Assembly (NCBI GenBank): GCA_009777475.1
Contig: WRLU01000001.1
Span: 87,608-151,607, forward strand
DNA length: 64,000 nt
Reading direction: 5' to 3'
Origin: Oscillospiraceae bacterium
Lineage (GTDB): Bacteria > Bacillota > Clostridia > Oscillospirales > UBA929
The translations under genes were made by a program, and so were the position numbers. Below are positions 30,091 to 38,790 of the stretch, piece after piece (within the stretch, counting starts at the first letter, position 1; each line of letters opens with the position of its first letter). Below the pieces are notes generated by a model. The model had not been told where the DNA came from. It searched no databases and worked only from the letters and a program-made list of their open reading frames with translations.

Positions 30091-30169
30091 TACTCCCCGG
30101 AGTCCTATGGATCACTTGCAAAAAAATACCCCTCTCGCCATCAAGTATGAGGACGAGAAGGGTATTTTT

Positions 30170-30295
30170 TTATACCTTTTTCCCCTTCTTCTGAGGAACA
30201 GGCGACACTTTGTTTTTTGGGAATACGGTTTTTTTGTTCGATTCAGTCCCATGCGGTTCCTTAGGGTCAGGGCGGCGCATGCCGGCTTTAGCCAT
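30170..30295 (-). CDS. unlisted 41-aa lysine-rich basic protein
   Basis: GAGGTGA SD 5 nt before the ATG. Peptide MAKAGMRRPDPKEPHGTESNKKTVFPKNKVSPVPQKKGKKV. The stop abuts a bidirectional terminator hairpin at 30126-30165. Confidence 0.45.
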   Translation of the reverse strand: MAKAGMRRPDPKEPHGTESNKKTVFPKNKVSPVPQKKGKKV

Positions 30296-30337
30296 GTTTA
30301 TCACCTCAAAAGCCAGCTTGCGCGGCAGGTGTATATT

Positions 30338-32458
30338 TTATGCGCCCGGTATTCTCAGCACTTGACCGATTGACAGATTGCTATCGGTCAATCCGTTCAG
30401 CTGCATGATGATTTCTATCGTTGTGCCAAACCGTTGAGCTAATGCCCAGAGGGTATCCCCGCTCTGTACGGTGTAATTGAAATATTCTCCGTTGGCATTG
30501 CCGCCCGGTCCTTTCAGCGATTCTAGTATCCCGCGTACTATAGCATCGGCATATGCGTTGAAATTTTGATCAAAAAGCTCGTTGTCACGCTCGTTGGTTA
30601 TAAAACCGAGTTCAACCAACATGGCAGGGGCTTGAGTATTTCTTAAAACGGCAAAATTCTCCTGCTTGACTCCCCTATTGCTCTGTACACCCACACTGAC
30701 AATCGCGTTCTGCACGTTTTGGGCATAGCTTATATTAATGGGAGGGGCATTAGGCTTCACAAAGGTTTCTACTCCGTTCGCAGCCGGGCTTACAGAGGCG
30801 TTCCTGTGGAGGGAAACAAATATATCGGCATTATTACGATTGGCTATTTCGCTCCTCTCCTCCAGCGGTACAAAGACATCAGAGCTTCTGGTTAAAATAA
30901 CTCTTTGCTTTTCCGTCTGAAGCCTCTGCGCTACAGCTAAGGCAAGATTCAGATTATCGTCTTTTTCACGCCGTGTACCTGATGACGCACCCCAGTCGGA
31001 GCCTCCGTGACCCGCATCAATAACAACTGTTAAGGTGTTGGTATCCCGATAGTTGTTGTACTGTGTTACAATAGCGTTCCATGTAGCAGGACCTATTACA
31101 CCATCCACGGCAAGCCCGAACAGGGACTGGAATGCCCTAACCGCGTTTTCAGTAAGCGGTCCGAAAGCCCCATCTGCGTTAAGCCTTGGTATAGTTGGAA
31201 AAACTCCGGCAAGGTCGTTCATGTATTGCTGCATGACCCTTACGCTTTCGCCAGTTGATCCGAGCCTGAGAGGTACGCCTGGATACATAGGCGATCCGGG
31301 ATTAGCAGTTTGGAGGTTGTTGTATTCACGTACAATAGCCGCCCAGGTAATAGGGCCTATAATACCATCGATGCCCAAGCCGAACTGTCTTTGAAATGCC
31401 CTGACTGCGTTTTCGGTAAGCGGCCCGAAAATCCCATCCGCTGTAATCACTGGAATAGAGGGAAATGCCGCGGCAATGGCATTGAGGTACTGCTGCATAA
31501 GCCTTACACTGTCGCCTCTGCTTCCGTTTCTGAGCAGTGTGCCGGGGAATGCCGGTCCTGTAGGCGGCGGGGTTGGCGGAATCACAGGGGGAGTTGCTTG
31601 GAGACTGTTGTACTGTTCCACAATAGCATTCCAGGTAATAGGGCCTATAATACCATCGATGCCTAAGCCGAACTGTCTTTGAAATGCCCTGACTGCGTTT
31701 TCGGTAAGCGGCCCGAAGATTCCGTCCGCTGTAATTCCTGGGATAGAAGGAAATGCCGCGGCAATGGCATTGAGGTACTGCTGCATAAGCCTTACACTGT
31801 CGCCCCGGGAGCCTGCTCTGAGCGGTGCGCCGGGATATACAGGTCCAGTTGGCGGTGGTGTTATCTGAGGGGGTACCGAGCCCTTTGCCGAATTATACAC
31901 CTCATAGATTTTGTTCCAATCCGCGGCGTTTACAACGCCGTCCGCACTTAGGCCGAACCGGTTTTGGAATCTTATAACCGCATCCTTTGTAAGCGCACCG
32001 AAGCTTCCGTCCTGTGCAAGAGCCGGGACATCCGGGTAAAACTGCGAGATAAACGTAAGCATATATTGCAAGCGGGTAACTAGACCGCCTTTGGTGCCCA
32101 TGCTGACAGTAGTGTTAGGCGGGATTGTGCCTGTTACTATGCGGTCCCCCTCACTGGTCAGTTGGGCAAGCCTTGTCACCGCAACATAACGATAGGTTAT
32201 AAGGTTCCAGGTAGCTCTGTCTATGATACCGGTTTGCGGGAGGGAATTGATTGACTGAAAAGCCCTCACCGCATTGGCGGTATCTGCCCCATAAATTCCG
32301 TTGGGATTTGAAATGCCCGGGATATAAGGGAAATTTTGGCGCACACGGTTCAAGTATTTCTGCATGAGCTCCACGTCCGGACCCTGTGCCCCCTGAGACA
32401 GGGGTACCCCAGGATATGACTCGGTAATAGGGGCAACCGGGGCAGTATCTATTATCAA
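30338..32458 (-). CDS. cell-wall hydrolase: 5 PG_binding_1 repeats + N-acetylmuramoyl-L-alanine amidase (Amidase_3) + C-terminal LysM; 5'-truncated
   Basis: Repeated GIFG.LT..AV..FQ modules, an amidase_3 core (VVIDAGHGG...VSLHRNA) and a LysM domain (YTVQSGDTLWALA). The only usable start is TTG 32458, which has no SD. The frame stays open to 32536 with SpoIID-like ALQILRHYY. Confidence 0.8.
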   Translation of the reverse strand: MIIDTAPVAPITESYPGVPLSQGAQGPDVELMQKYLNRVRQNFPYIPGISNPNGIYGADTANAVRAFQSINSLPQTGIIDRATWNLITYRYVAVTRLAQLTSEGDRIVTGTIPPNTTVSMGTKGGLVTRLQYMLTFISQFYPDVPALAQDGSFGALTKDAVIRFQNRFGLSADGVVNAADWNKIYEVYNSAKGSVPPQITPPPTGPVYPGAPLRAGSRGDSVRLMQQYLNAIAAAFPSIPGITADGIFGPLTENAVRAFQRQFGLGIDGIIGPITWNAIVEQYNSLQATPPVIPPTPPPTGPAFPGTLLRNGSRGDSVRLMQQYLNAIAAAFPSIPVITADGIFGPLTENAVRAFQRQFGLGIDGIIGPITWAAIVREYNNLQTANPGSPMYPGVPLRLGSTGESVRVMQQYMNDLAGVFPTIPRLNADGAFGPLTENAVRAFQSLFGLAVDGVIGPATWNAIVTQYNNYRDTNTLTVVIDAGHGGSDWGASSGTRREKDDNLNLALAVAQRLQTEKQRVILTRSSDVFVPLEERSEIANRNNADIFVSLHRNASVSPAANGVETFVKPNAPPINISYAQNVQNAIVSVGVQSNRGVKQENFAVLRNTQAPAMLVELGFITNERDNELFDQNFNAYADAIVRGILESLKGPGGNANGEYFNYTVQSGDTLWALAQRFGTTIEIIMQLNGLTDSNLSIGQVLRIPGA
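31343..31804. repeat. 288-bp tandem duplication inside the amidase gene
   Basis: 31343-31516 and 31631-31804 are near-identical, with only a few substitutions. They encode two almost identical PG_binding_1 modules. Confidence 0.85.
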
Positions 32459-32640
32459 ATCACTGGGATAATAATGCCTCAGTATTTGCAGTGCAGTTCT
32501 GCCATTATTGGCGGGCAGTTGGATAAACCTAGTATGTCAAAAATTCAGAAAACATCATGGGTTTCGACGTTTTTTATTTTTCGGAATAGGACAAGTCGCA
32601 AATTCAATATAGTTATAAAAACTGTATTGGAGTTGAGGGC

Positions 32641-32790
32641 TTGAAGGATGAAAATGAAAAAATCATATTGCCCAAAGAATTACAAAAGCAAATACTGCAA
32701 TTTTTTCTGAAAACCTCTATACCAAGAATCAAAAAAGAAAAACTCACGCTTATGTCTGAGCAAAAATCAGACGGAGGCGATAAAAAATGA
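32641..32790 (+). CDS. 49-aa ORF translationally coupled to the recombinase (candidate accessory/directionality factor)
   Basis: TTG start 8 nt after GGAG. Peptide LKDENEKIILPKELQKQILQFFLKTSIPRIKKEKLTLMSEQKSDGGDKK. Its stop overlaps the recombinase ATG (ATGA). Confidence 0.4.
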   Translation: MKDENEKIILPKELQKQILQFFLKTSIPRIKKEKLTLMSEQKSDGGDKK

Positions 32791-34352
32791 GGGAAAGCAC
32801 GCGAAAAAACTTAAATACAGCTATTTACGTAAGGGTATCCACCGAGGAACAGGCACAAGAGGGCTTTTCAATCAGGGCTCAGACCGAAAAACTAAAATCG
32901 TATGCCTTGTTGAAGGATTGGAGCATTTTCGACATTTACAGCGATGAGGGCATAAGCGGTAAGAATATTACAGAACGACCTGCCATAAACAGGATGATTA
33001 GCGATATTGAGAGCGGAAGGGTCAATAATATTCTTGTTTTTAAGGTTGACAGGCTCACGAGAAATACAAAAAATTTACTTGAATTAGTGGAGTTGTTTGA
33101 AGATTTTGATTGTGCGTTTAATTCCCTGACCGAAAACATAGACACCGACACGCCCAGCGGCAGGATGTTTCTAAAAATAATCGGTATATTTGCCGAATTT
33201 GAACGTGAAAATTTATCAAGCAGATTAAAGCTGGGCCTAGAGCGGAAAGTAAAAGAGGGGTATACACTGGCATCGAACACGGTGAGTTATGGATATATCA
33301 GAGAAAAAGGCCAAAAGATACAGGAAATACACCCGGAAGAAGCAGGGATTGTAAGGGAAATATTTTCGTTATATTTAGATGGCGATATGTCTATGACCCA
33401 AATTGCAAGCATACTGAATGAAAGAAAGCTAGATACCAAAATGAATGGAAGCATGTGGACTGTGATGACGGTAAAGAGAATATTAACCAATTCTTCATAT
33501 ATCGGCAAGGTAAGGTATTCCGTTAAGGATGATGAGAAATACTTTGAAGCAGATGGGCACCACGAAAGAATTTTATCTGATGAAATCTTTTATCTTGCAC
33601 AAGAAAAAATGGAGAGAATAACTAATGTTTTGCAAACAAAACGGCCAAAGGACATCTGTTATTTTTGCGGCGTGTTGTTTTGTGGGTTATGCGGAAGCAA
33701 ATTTTCAACACATCATAACAAGGGAATAAAAAACAAAAATGGCGTAGTATCTCTGAAAATCTCCTATCGGTGTAATAAAAAGGTTTATTTTAATGATGAT
33801 ATCCGGTGCGATTCCCCTAATATCAGTCATACGAAGGTGGAAGACGCCTTTACGAAATATATAGAAAGGGTAAACGATTTTACAGAAAATGAAATCATTG
33901 AACCCAAAAAGGACGAAGGTCGAAAAAGCATCATGGAATATATCATTGCTTGTGAAGATAAATTACGCAGAGTTGGTATTAAAAAGAAGCGGATTATGGA
34001 GCAATATGCCAACGAAGAAATAAGCTTTGATGAATACAAGAGCCTGACGGAAATTCTCAACACAAGGTCGGACATATTGGATGAGGAATTGAGAGCCGCA
34101 AGGGCAAAAACGGAGGTTAAGGAAGAGGTTTCTATATCAAAAAAAGATATTGTTCTAAGCTTAAAGGAAAACTGGGATGCACTAAATAACAGTGAGAGAA
34201 TGATATTCCTGCAAAGCTTTGTTAAGAAAATCACTGTCATAGTTAAAAAGGTTACACTAAGGGAAAACGCTGTGAAAATTGACAGCATAGAATTTCATTC
34301 AGGCGAATTGCAAGCAGGACAGCTAATTCATTCAAAACGGAGAAAAGCATAA
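32787..34352 (+). CDS. large serine recombinase (SpoIVCA / phage-integrase type)
   Basis: Resolvase catalytic domain (AIYVRVSTEEQ, DRLTRN), a recombinase domain, a Cys-rich zinc-ribbon (CYFCGVLFCGLCG...YRC) and a coiled-coil C-terminus. Confidence 0.9.
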   Translation: MRESTRKNLNTAIYVRVSTEEQAQEGFSIRAQTEKLKSYALLKDWSIFDIYSDEGISGKNITERPAINRMISDIESGRVNNILVFKVDRLTRNTKNLLELVELFEDFDCAFNSLTENIDTDTPSGRMFLKIIGIFAEFERENLSSRLKLGLERKVKEGYTLASNTVSYGYIREKGQKIQEIHPEEAGIVREIFSLYLDGDMSMTQIASILNERKLDTKMNGSMWTVMTVKRILTNSSYIGKVRYSVKDDEKYFEADGHHERILSDEIFYLAQEKMERITNVLQTKRPKDICYFCGVLFCGLCGSKFSTHHNKGIKNKNGVVSLKISYRCNKKVYFNDDIRCDSPNISHTKVEDAFTKYIERVNDFTENEIIEPKKDEGRKSIMEYIIACEDKLRRVGIKKKRIMEQYANEEISFDEYKSLTEILNTRSDILDEELRAARAKTEVKEEVSISKKDIVLSLKENWDALNNSERMIFLQSFVKKITVIVKKVTLRENAVKIDSIEFHSGELQAGQLIHSKRRKA

Positions 34353-34398
34353 GTAATTTTAATACTGATTTTACCTGCCATCTTGTGTGTGTGCTGGC

Positions 34399-34427
34399 TT
34401 GCACGGCCAATTTTCATGTGCTATACT
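34399..34427 (+). promoter_or_regulatory. sigma-A type promoter of glnA
   Basis: TTGCAC (34399-34404), 17-nt spacer, TATACT (34422-34427). Confidence 0.55.
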
Positions 34428-34505
34428 GTCGTTAATTCACCATAGGGGGGTGTGGCTCTTGAAAAAGCTGGATTTCCCCGGAAATGAAATCAGGGAGGTG
34501 CCCGC

Positions 34506-35822
34506 ATGAGCTGCACAAGGCATGAAATTATGGAATTTGTAAAGGAAAACGAGGTTAAGTTTATAAGACTTAGCTTTTGTGATATTTTTGGGCAGAAAAA
34601 GAACATTGCCATTATGGCACGCGAATTAGAGCAGGTGCTTGAAAATGGGATGCCCTTCGATGGGGGCGCGGTTGCGGGCTTTGCCGGTACGGCAAGGTCT
34701 GATTTGGTGCTGATGCCAGACCTGAATACCATGGCGGCACTGCCCTGGCGGCCGGGTCCCGGGCGGGTTCTGAGGTTTTTCTGCGACATAAAAACCCCGG
34801 AGGGTACAAGCTTTCCCCTTGACAGTAGGTGTGTTTTGAAAAATGCTGTGGAAAAAGCGGCGGAAAGGGGCTACGGCTGCACTGTTGGGGCGGAATGCGA
34901 ATTTACCCTTTTCAAAACAGACGAGTCCGGCGATCCTACCGCCATTCCCATTGACAGGGGCGGCTATCTTGATATAGCCCCGCTTGACAGAGGGGAGGAT
35001 ATACGCCGTGAGATATGCCTGACCCTTGAGGAAATGGGCATATATCCTGAAACAAGCCATCACGAGCGGGGACATGGGCAAAACGAGATTGACTTCCGCC
35101 CGGGCGATGCCCTGAGCTGTGCCGACAATTTTTTGACATTCAAAAATGTCGTCAGGGCAATAGCCTCGCGTAATGGGCTTCATGCCTCCTTTATGCCCAA
35201 GCCTATTGCGGAGGCCCCCGGAAATGGCCTGCACGTCAATCTCTCCTTAAGCCAGGATGGAGTAAATATCTTTAAAAACACAAACGAAGGACATTCCGCC
35301 GCCGCCGAGAGCTTTATTGCCGGAATACTCGCCATGGCTCCTGAGATAACTCTGTTTTTGAACCCGCTGGCAAATTCATACGAGCGGCTGGGCAGGCTTG
35401 AAGCCCCCGGGTATGTGTCGTGGTCGCACCAAAACCGTTCCCAGCTTATAAGAATCCCGGCGGCAAGCGGCGAAAAGGTCAGACTGGAGCTGCGCTCGCC
35501 TGACCCTGCCGTCAACCCCTATACCGCGTTTGCCCTGATTATCGCGGCGGGATTTCATGGGATTGATGGGGGTCTGCGCCTGCCGAGGCCCGTTAATGCC
35601 GATTTGTATAAAGACAGGGAGACGGCCCAGCGGCTTATCCCCCTGCCCCCAAGCCTGAATGAAGCCATAGAGATTGCCAAGGGAAGCAGCTTTGCAAGGG
35701 CAGTTATAGGCCAGGAGCTTTTTTCAAAATATATTTGCCTTAAGGAAAAGGAAGCCGCAGAGACTGCCCTTCCGCCTGATGGGTCTGAAGCTTACAGGAA
35801 AAAATACTTTGGCATAATATAA
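34506..35822 (+). CDS. glnA: glutamine synthetase, type I
   Basis: 438 aa with the beta-grasp N-terminus (VKFIRLSFCDIFG) and the catalytic domain (HHERGHGQNEIDF, NGLHVNLS). Confidence 0.95.
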   Translation: MSCTRHEIMEFVKENEVKFIRLSFCDIFGQKKNIAIMARELEQVLENGMPFDGGAVAGFAGTARSDLVLMPDLNTMAALPWRPGPGRVLRFFCDIKTPEGTSFPLDSRCVLKNAVEKAAERGYGCTVGAECEFTLFKTDESGDPTAIPIDRGGYLDIAPLDRGEDIRREICLTLEEMGIYPETSHHERGHGQNEIDFRPGDALSCADNFLTFKNVVRAIASRNGLHASFMPKPIAEAPGNGLHVNLSLSQDGVNIFKNTNEGHSAAAESFIAGILAMAPEITLFLNPLANSYERLGRLEAPGYVSWSHQNRSQLIRIPAASGEKVRLELRSPDPAVNPYTAFALIIAAGFHGIDGGLRLPRPVNADLYKDRETAQRLIPLPPSLNEAIEIAKGSSFARAVIGQELFSKYICLKEKEAAETALPPDGSEAYRKKYFGII

Positions 35823-35876
35823 TGGGTGCCAAGGGTACCCATTTCTGGCTGTCGAGCACAAAAGGGGGCCTGTGTG

Positions 35877-36446
35877 ATGGAAAGTGCTCTAATTGTCTCC
35901 TTTGCGGATAAAGGCACAGCTTATTTTACCGAGCTTTTAGCTGAGGCAGCTATCCGCAGGATAACCACTCTTCCGTCCTGCGCCGAGGCACGCAGGACGC
36001 TTTTGGTGAGGGAATTTGATTTAATAGTGGTCAACGCGCCGCTGAGGGACGAGCCGGGGGAAAATTTCGCAAGGGATATAGCCTCCAGGGGGACAGCGCA
36101 GGTTATTCTTGCGGTAAAAAGCGAATACTTCGGGCAGGTGTCGGCTGCCTGCGAGGGAGACGGTGTGCTTACTGTATCAAAGCCGGTAAACAGAAATCTT
36201 TTCCGGGCGTCGCTCTCACTTGCTAAATCCGCCCATAGAATGGTCAGAAGAGTTCAGTCGGAAAATGCGCGGCTGAAGCAAAAAATTGAAGACATACGCG
36301 TTGTTGACCGTGCAAAATGGCTGCTCATATCCCGCATGAATATGTCGGAGCAGGACGCTCACAGGCTTATAGAGAAGCAGGCAATGGATATGCGCTCCAC
36401 AAAAAGGGCTGTTGCCGAGGGTATTTTAAAAACATACGAGAATTGA
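35877..36446 (+). CDS. ANTAR-domain RNA-binding antiterminator with pseudo-receiver domain (NitR/AmiR-like)
   Basis: C-terminal ANTAR domain (IEDIRVVDRAKWLLISRMNMSEQDAHRLIEKQAMDMR). The receiver-like N-terminus has Asn at the phospho-acceptor position (DLIVVN). Confidence 0.85.
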   Translation: MESALIVSFADKGTAYFTELLAEAAIRRITTLPSCAEARRTLLVREFDLIVVNAPLRDEPGENFARDIASRGTAQVILAVKSEYFGQVSAACEGDGVLTVSKPVNRNLFRASLSLAKSAHRMVRRVQSENARLKQKIEDIRVVDRAKWLLISRMNMSEQDAHRLIEKQAMDMRSTKRAVAEGILKTYEN

Positions 36447-36453
36447 TAAGAAT

Positions 36454-36494
36454 CCCCCCGCGCCACTGGGCTCATGCCCTGAGGTGCGGGGGGG
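36454..36494. terminator. bidirectional terminator between the ANTAR gene and the convergent surface-protein gene
   Basis: CCCCCCGCGCC (36454-36464) pairs with GGTGCGGGGGG (36483-36493). Confidence 0.6.
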
Positions 36495-36516
36495 AGGAAT
36501 TAGGTATGCAATTTAA

Positions 36517-38610
36517 TTACCGCTTGATTTTCAGACCCTTAGCGGTTGACCACTTGCCAAATACATTCTTCTTCTGAGAGTCTTTCTTGAAGGCTCTTAC
36601 TCTGACCCATACGGTTGTGTTCTTTTTGAGCTTTCTGAAGGTGTACTTGGTTTTCTTTGCGTTGCCAACAGCCTTTGACGCGCCTTTTTTGAAGTTTTTC
36701 GAGGTGGCTCTCTGTACCTGATAGCCTGCCGCGCCCGAAACCTTGCCGTAGCTGAAGGAAAGCTGGCCCTTTTTGCTGTTTTTCAGCTTGGAGGGGGTCT
36801 TGCCCTTGCCTACCTTGACCTTTGTCCACTGAGCGTAGTAGGTCACGGTGGCGGCTGCCTTGGTTGTCGTGCTGATTTTAGTGCCGCCTGATTTTGCGGT
36901 GTACCAGCCCTTTAAGGTGTGGCCCTTGCGGCTGATCTTGGGCAGTGTGCCAACATTAGAGTTGAGCTTAAGTGTTTTCCTGGTAACTGCGTTTTTGTCG
37001 AAGGTACCGCCGTTACGGTCGAAGGTGACGGTAACATCGGGTACCGGACTCGGGGTTATTACCGGCGCGGCATCGGTTTTAATCTGTGTTCCGGCTGAGG
37101 CGTCACCCACATTGTACTTGCCTTCGCCCTGGTCCTTGGCGCGGGCAAAGAAGAAGTAGTTGGTGTTGGCGGTCAGTCCGGTGAAGGCTGTGCTGTCCTG
37201 CCAGCCGGTGTACGGTGCCGCATTAGTTGATGCCCGGGCGTATTCCACAGTCTGGCCGTTTGCCGGAGCGGCAACTGCCGCTAGGGTAATGCTGGTTGCG
37301 GTTCTTGCGGCGGGTGCGGCGGCGGGTGCGGCAACTGCCGCGCCTACATCGTAACGTACCTGCGCGCTGTTAAGAACATAGGTGATGGTGGTAAAAGCAG
37401 GATCATCATCAGGATCATCGGAATCCTCAAAGAATTCAAACGTCACTGTGCCGCCTTTTGATACTAAGAAGGTGAAGTCACTATCGACCGTAAACCCTGT
37501 GTATCCCTTGAGCCTTACATCACCGTCAACGTCCTCGTCAACCGGGCCTAATCCATCGGCAGCGTTGTCGCCGCTATCCCGGTAAATTTCCAGAGCCTTG
37601 TTGGTCTCCTTTATCTGGATGTCAGCCGGGTCGGTACCCAGTATTGCTTCCAGCAGGGATTGGGGAATTGCCGCTACGCTGTAGTCCTTGTCTCCCCACA
37701 GGGCTTTTTTGTCCTTGTCAAACACAGCATCGTCATCCAGGTCCTCCGGCTCCTCAGTCGCTTCTGGAGGAAGGGGAACGCCGAAGTCCACCAGGAACTC
37801 ATCCGGGATTTCCTTCTGATAGGAGGTTCCGCTCAGATAGGCGGTAATCTCCAGTGCGGGGGTGACTTCCGGGTCGGGGTCGGCACTGGGGTAGGCGTTG
37901 GTGTAGGCAAGATTAGCCTCAAGCTGGCTGCCCTCGGCGATGAATTCAAGGCCGCCCTTAACAAAGTCCAGCTGATTGTCGATTTCCACTGTGAGGTATT
38001 TTTCTTTAGTGCTGCTGTCGTCATTAAACATCATTATTACAGCCTCGCTGCCGGGAGCCAGCAGGACGCTTATAAAGTCAGTGGCACCATCGAAGGACGC
38101 GTCTTCTTTTGTAACGCCGTTTGCGGTGTTGGTAGCGTTAAATGTAAGTGTGTCGCTCATCTCGCCTGTCAGTGCCGCGCCGTCAAGGACGGCCAGGGTA
38201 AAGGGCTTGCCGTTCAGGGCAAATGGGTTAGGACAAAAGCTACCGGTTGTTCCATGGTAGGGACTCCCGAGAGGATAATCGCCATCGCCCAAGACGTACT
38301 GGCCCACGTAGCCGGTGCCATCGTCTGTGCGTGTAAGGAAGCCTTCCTCTCCCATTTCAATCTCGCCGGTAAAGGTCAGCTTCACGGTGCTGGTGTCCTC
38401 GTCCCAGTCAACATCGACTTCAACATCGCCAGGAGTACCACCCAGCCAGTTGGTGTTTTCGGTAAGGAAGTCATCGTCCAGCCAGTATTCCGCATCGGCA
38501 GGGCCAGGTTCTTCTGCCAGTACTGTTGCCGGGAGCAGACCAAGCAATAGTGTGGCCGCCAGGAGAATCGCGAAGGAACGCTTGAGGTTGGTTGCCTTTG
38601 AGGTTTTCAT
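36517..38610 (-). CDS. secreted surface protein with Listeria-Bacteroides (Flg_new) repeat and C-terminal Fn3-like domain
   Basis: Signal peptide MKTSKATNLKRSFAILLAATLLLGLLPATVLA from ATG 38610 (AAGGGAGAG SD). Flg_new unit VTFDRNGG...GHTLKGWY...YAQW. Lys-rich Fn3-like end. Confidence 0.8.
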   Translation of the reverse strand: MKTSKATNLKRSFAILLAATLLLGLLPATVLAEEPGPADAEYWLDDDFLTENTNWLGGTPGDVEVDVDWDEDTSTVKLTFTGEIEMGEEGFLTRTDDGTGYVGQYVLGDGDYPLGSPYHGTTGSFCPNPFALNGKPFTLAVLDGAALTGEMSDTLTFNATNTANGVTKEDASFDGATDFISVLLAPGSEAVIMMFNDDSSTKEKYLTVEIDNQLDFVKGGLEFIAEGSQLEANLAYTNAYPSADPDPEVTPALEITAYLSGTSYQKEIPDEFLVDFGVPLPPEATEEPEDLDDDAVFDKDKKALWGDKDYSVAAIPQSLLEAILGTDPADIQIKETNKALEIYRDSGDNAADGLGPVDEDVDGDVRLKGYTGFTVDSDFTFLVSKGGTVTFEFFEDSDDPDDDPAFTTITYVLNSAQVRYDVGAAVAAPAAAPAARTATSITLAAVAAPANGQTVEYARASTNAAPYTGWQDSTAFTGLTANTNYFFFARAKDQGEGKYNVGDASAGTQIKTDAAPVITPSPVPDVTVTFDRNGGTFDKNAVTRKTLKLNSNVGTLPKISRKGHTLKGWYTAKSGGTKISTTTKAAATVTYYAQWTKVKVGKGKTPSKLKNSKKGQLSFSYGKVSGAAGYQVQRATSKNFKKGASKAVGNAKKTKYTFRKLKKNTTVWVRVRAFKKDSQKKNVFGKWSTAKGLKIKR

Positions 38611-38790
38611 AAAAACACTCTCCCTTTCTTTTTTGCCTGTTTTCGTGGGTAAACAGAAAAACCATTCTCTCACCCCCCCCCATGGAAAATTTAGGATGGA
38701 GGGTGCCGCACACTCGAAATAGGTGCATGCCCACTCACAATACTCTTTTTTTGTCAGCATGTCAACCCCCCTGGGGGAGCATTTTGTTGA

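Larger units (their letters stand above)
32540..34400 (+). mobile_element. AT-rich serine-recombinase cassette (minimal or remnant integrative element)
   Basis: Small ORF plus large serine recombinase, visibly more AT-rich than both flanks. The left edge coincides with the break in the amidase gene and the right edge abuts the glnA promoter. Confidence 0.45.

Noticed and set aside
32499-34381. Shared heptamer CTGCCAT at 32499-32505 and 34375-34381 as the crossover core of the recombinase cassette.
   Set aside because: Joining the flanks at this heptamer does not restore a longer or better-initiated amidase reading frame. A 7-mer match is also within chance expectation.
34383-34394. (TG)5 microsatellite just upstream of the glnA -35 box.
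   Set aside because: It is too short to argue for phase variation and lies outside the spacer between -35 and -10.
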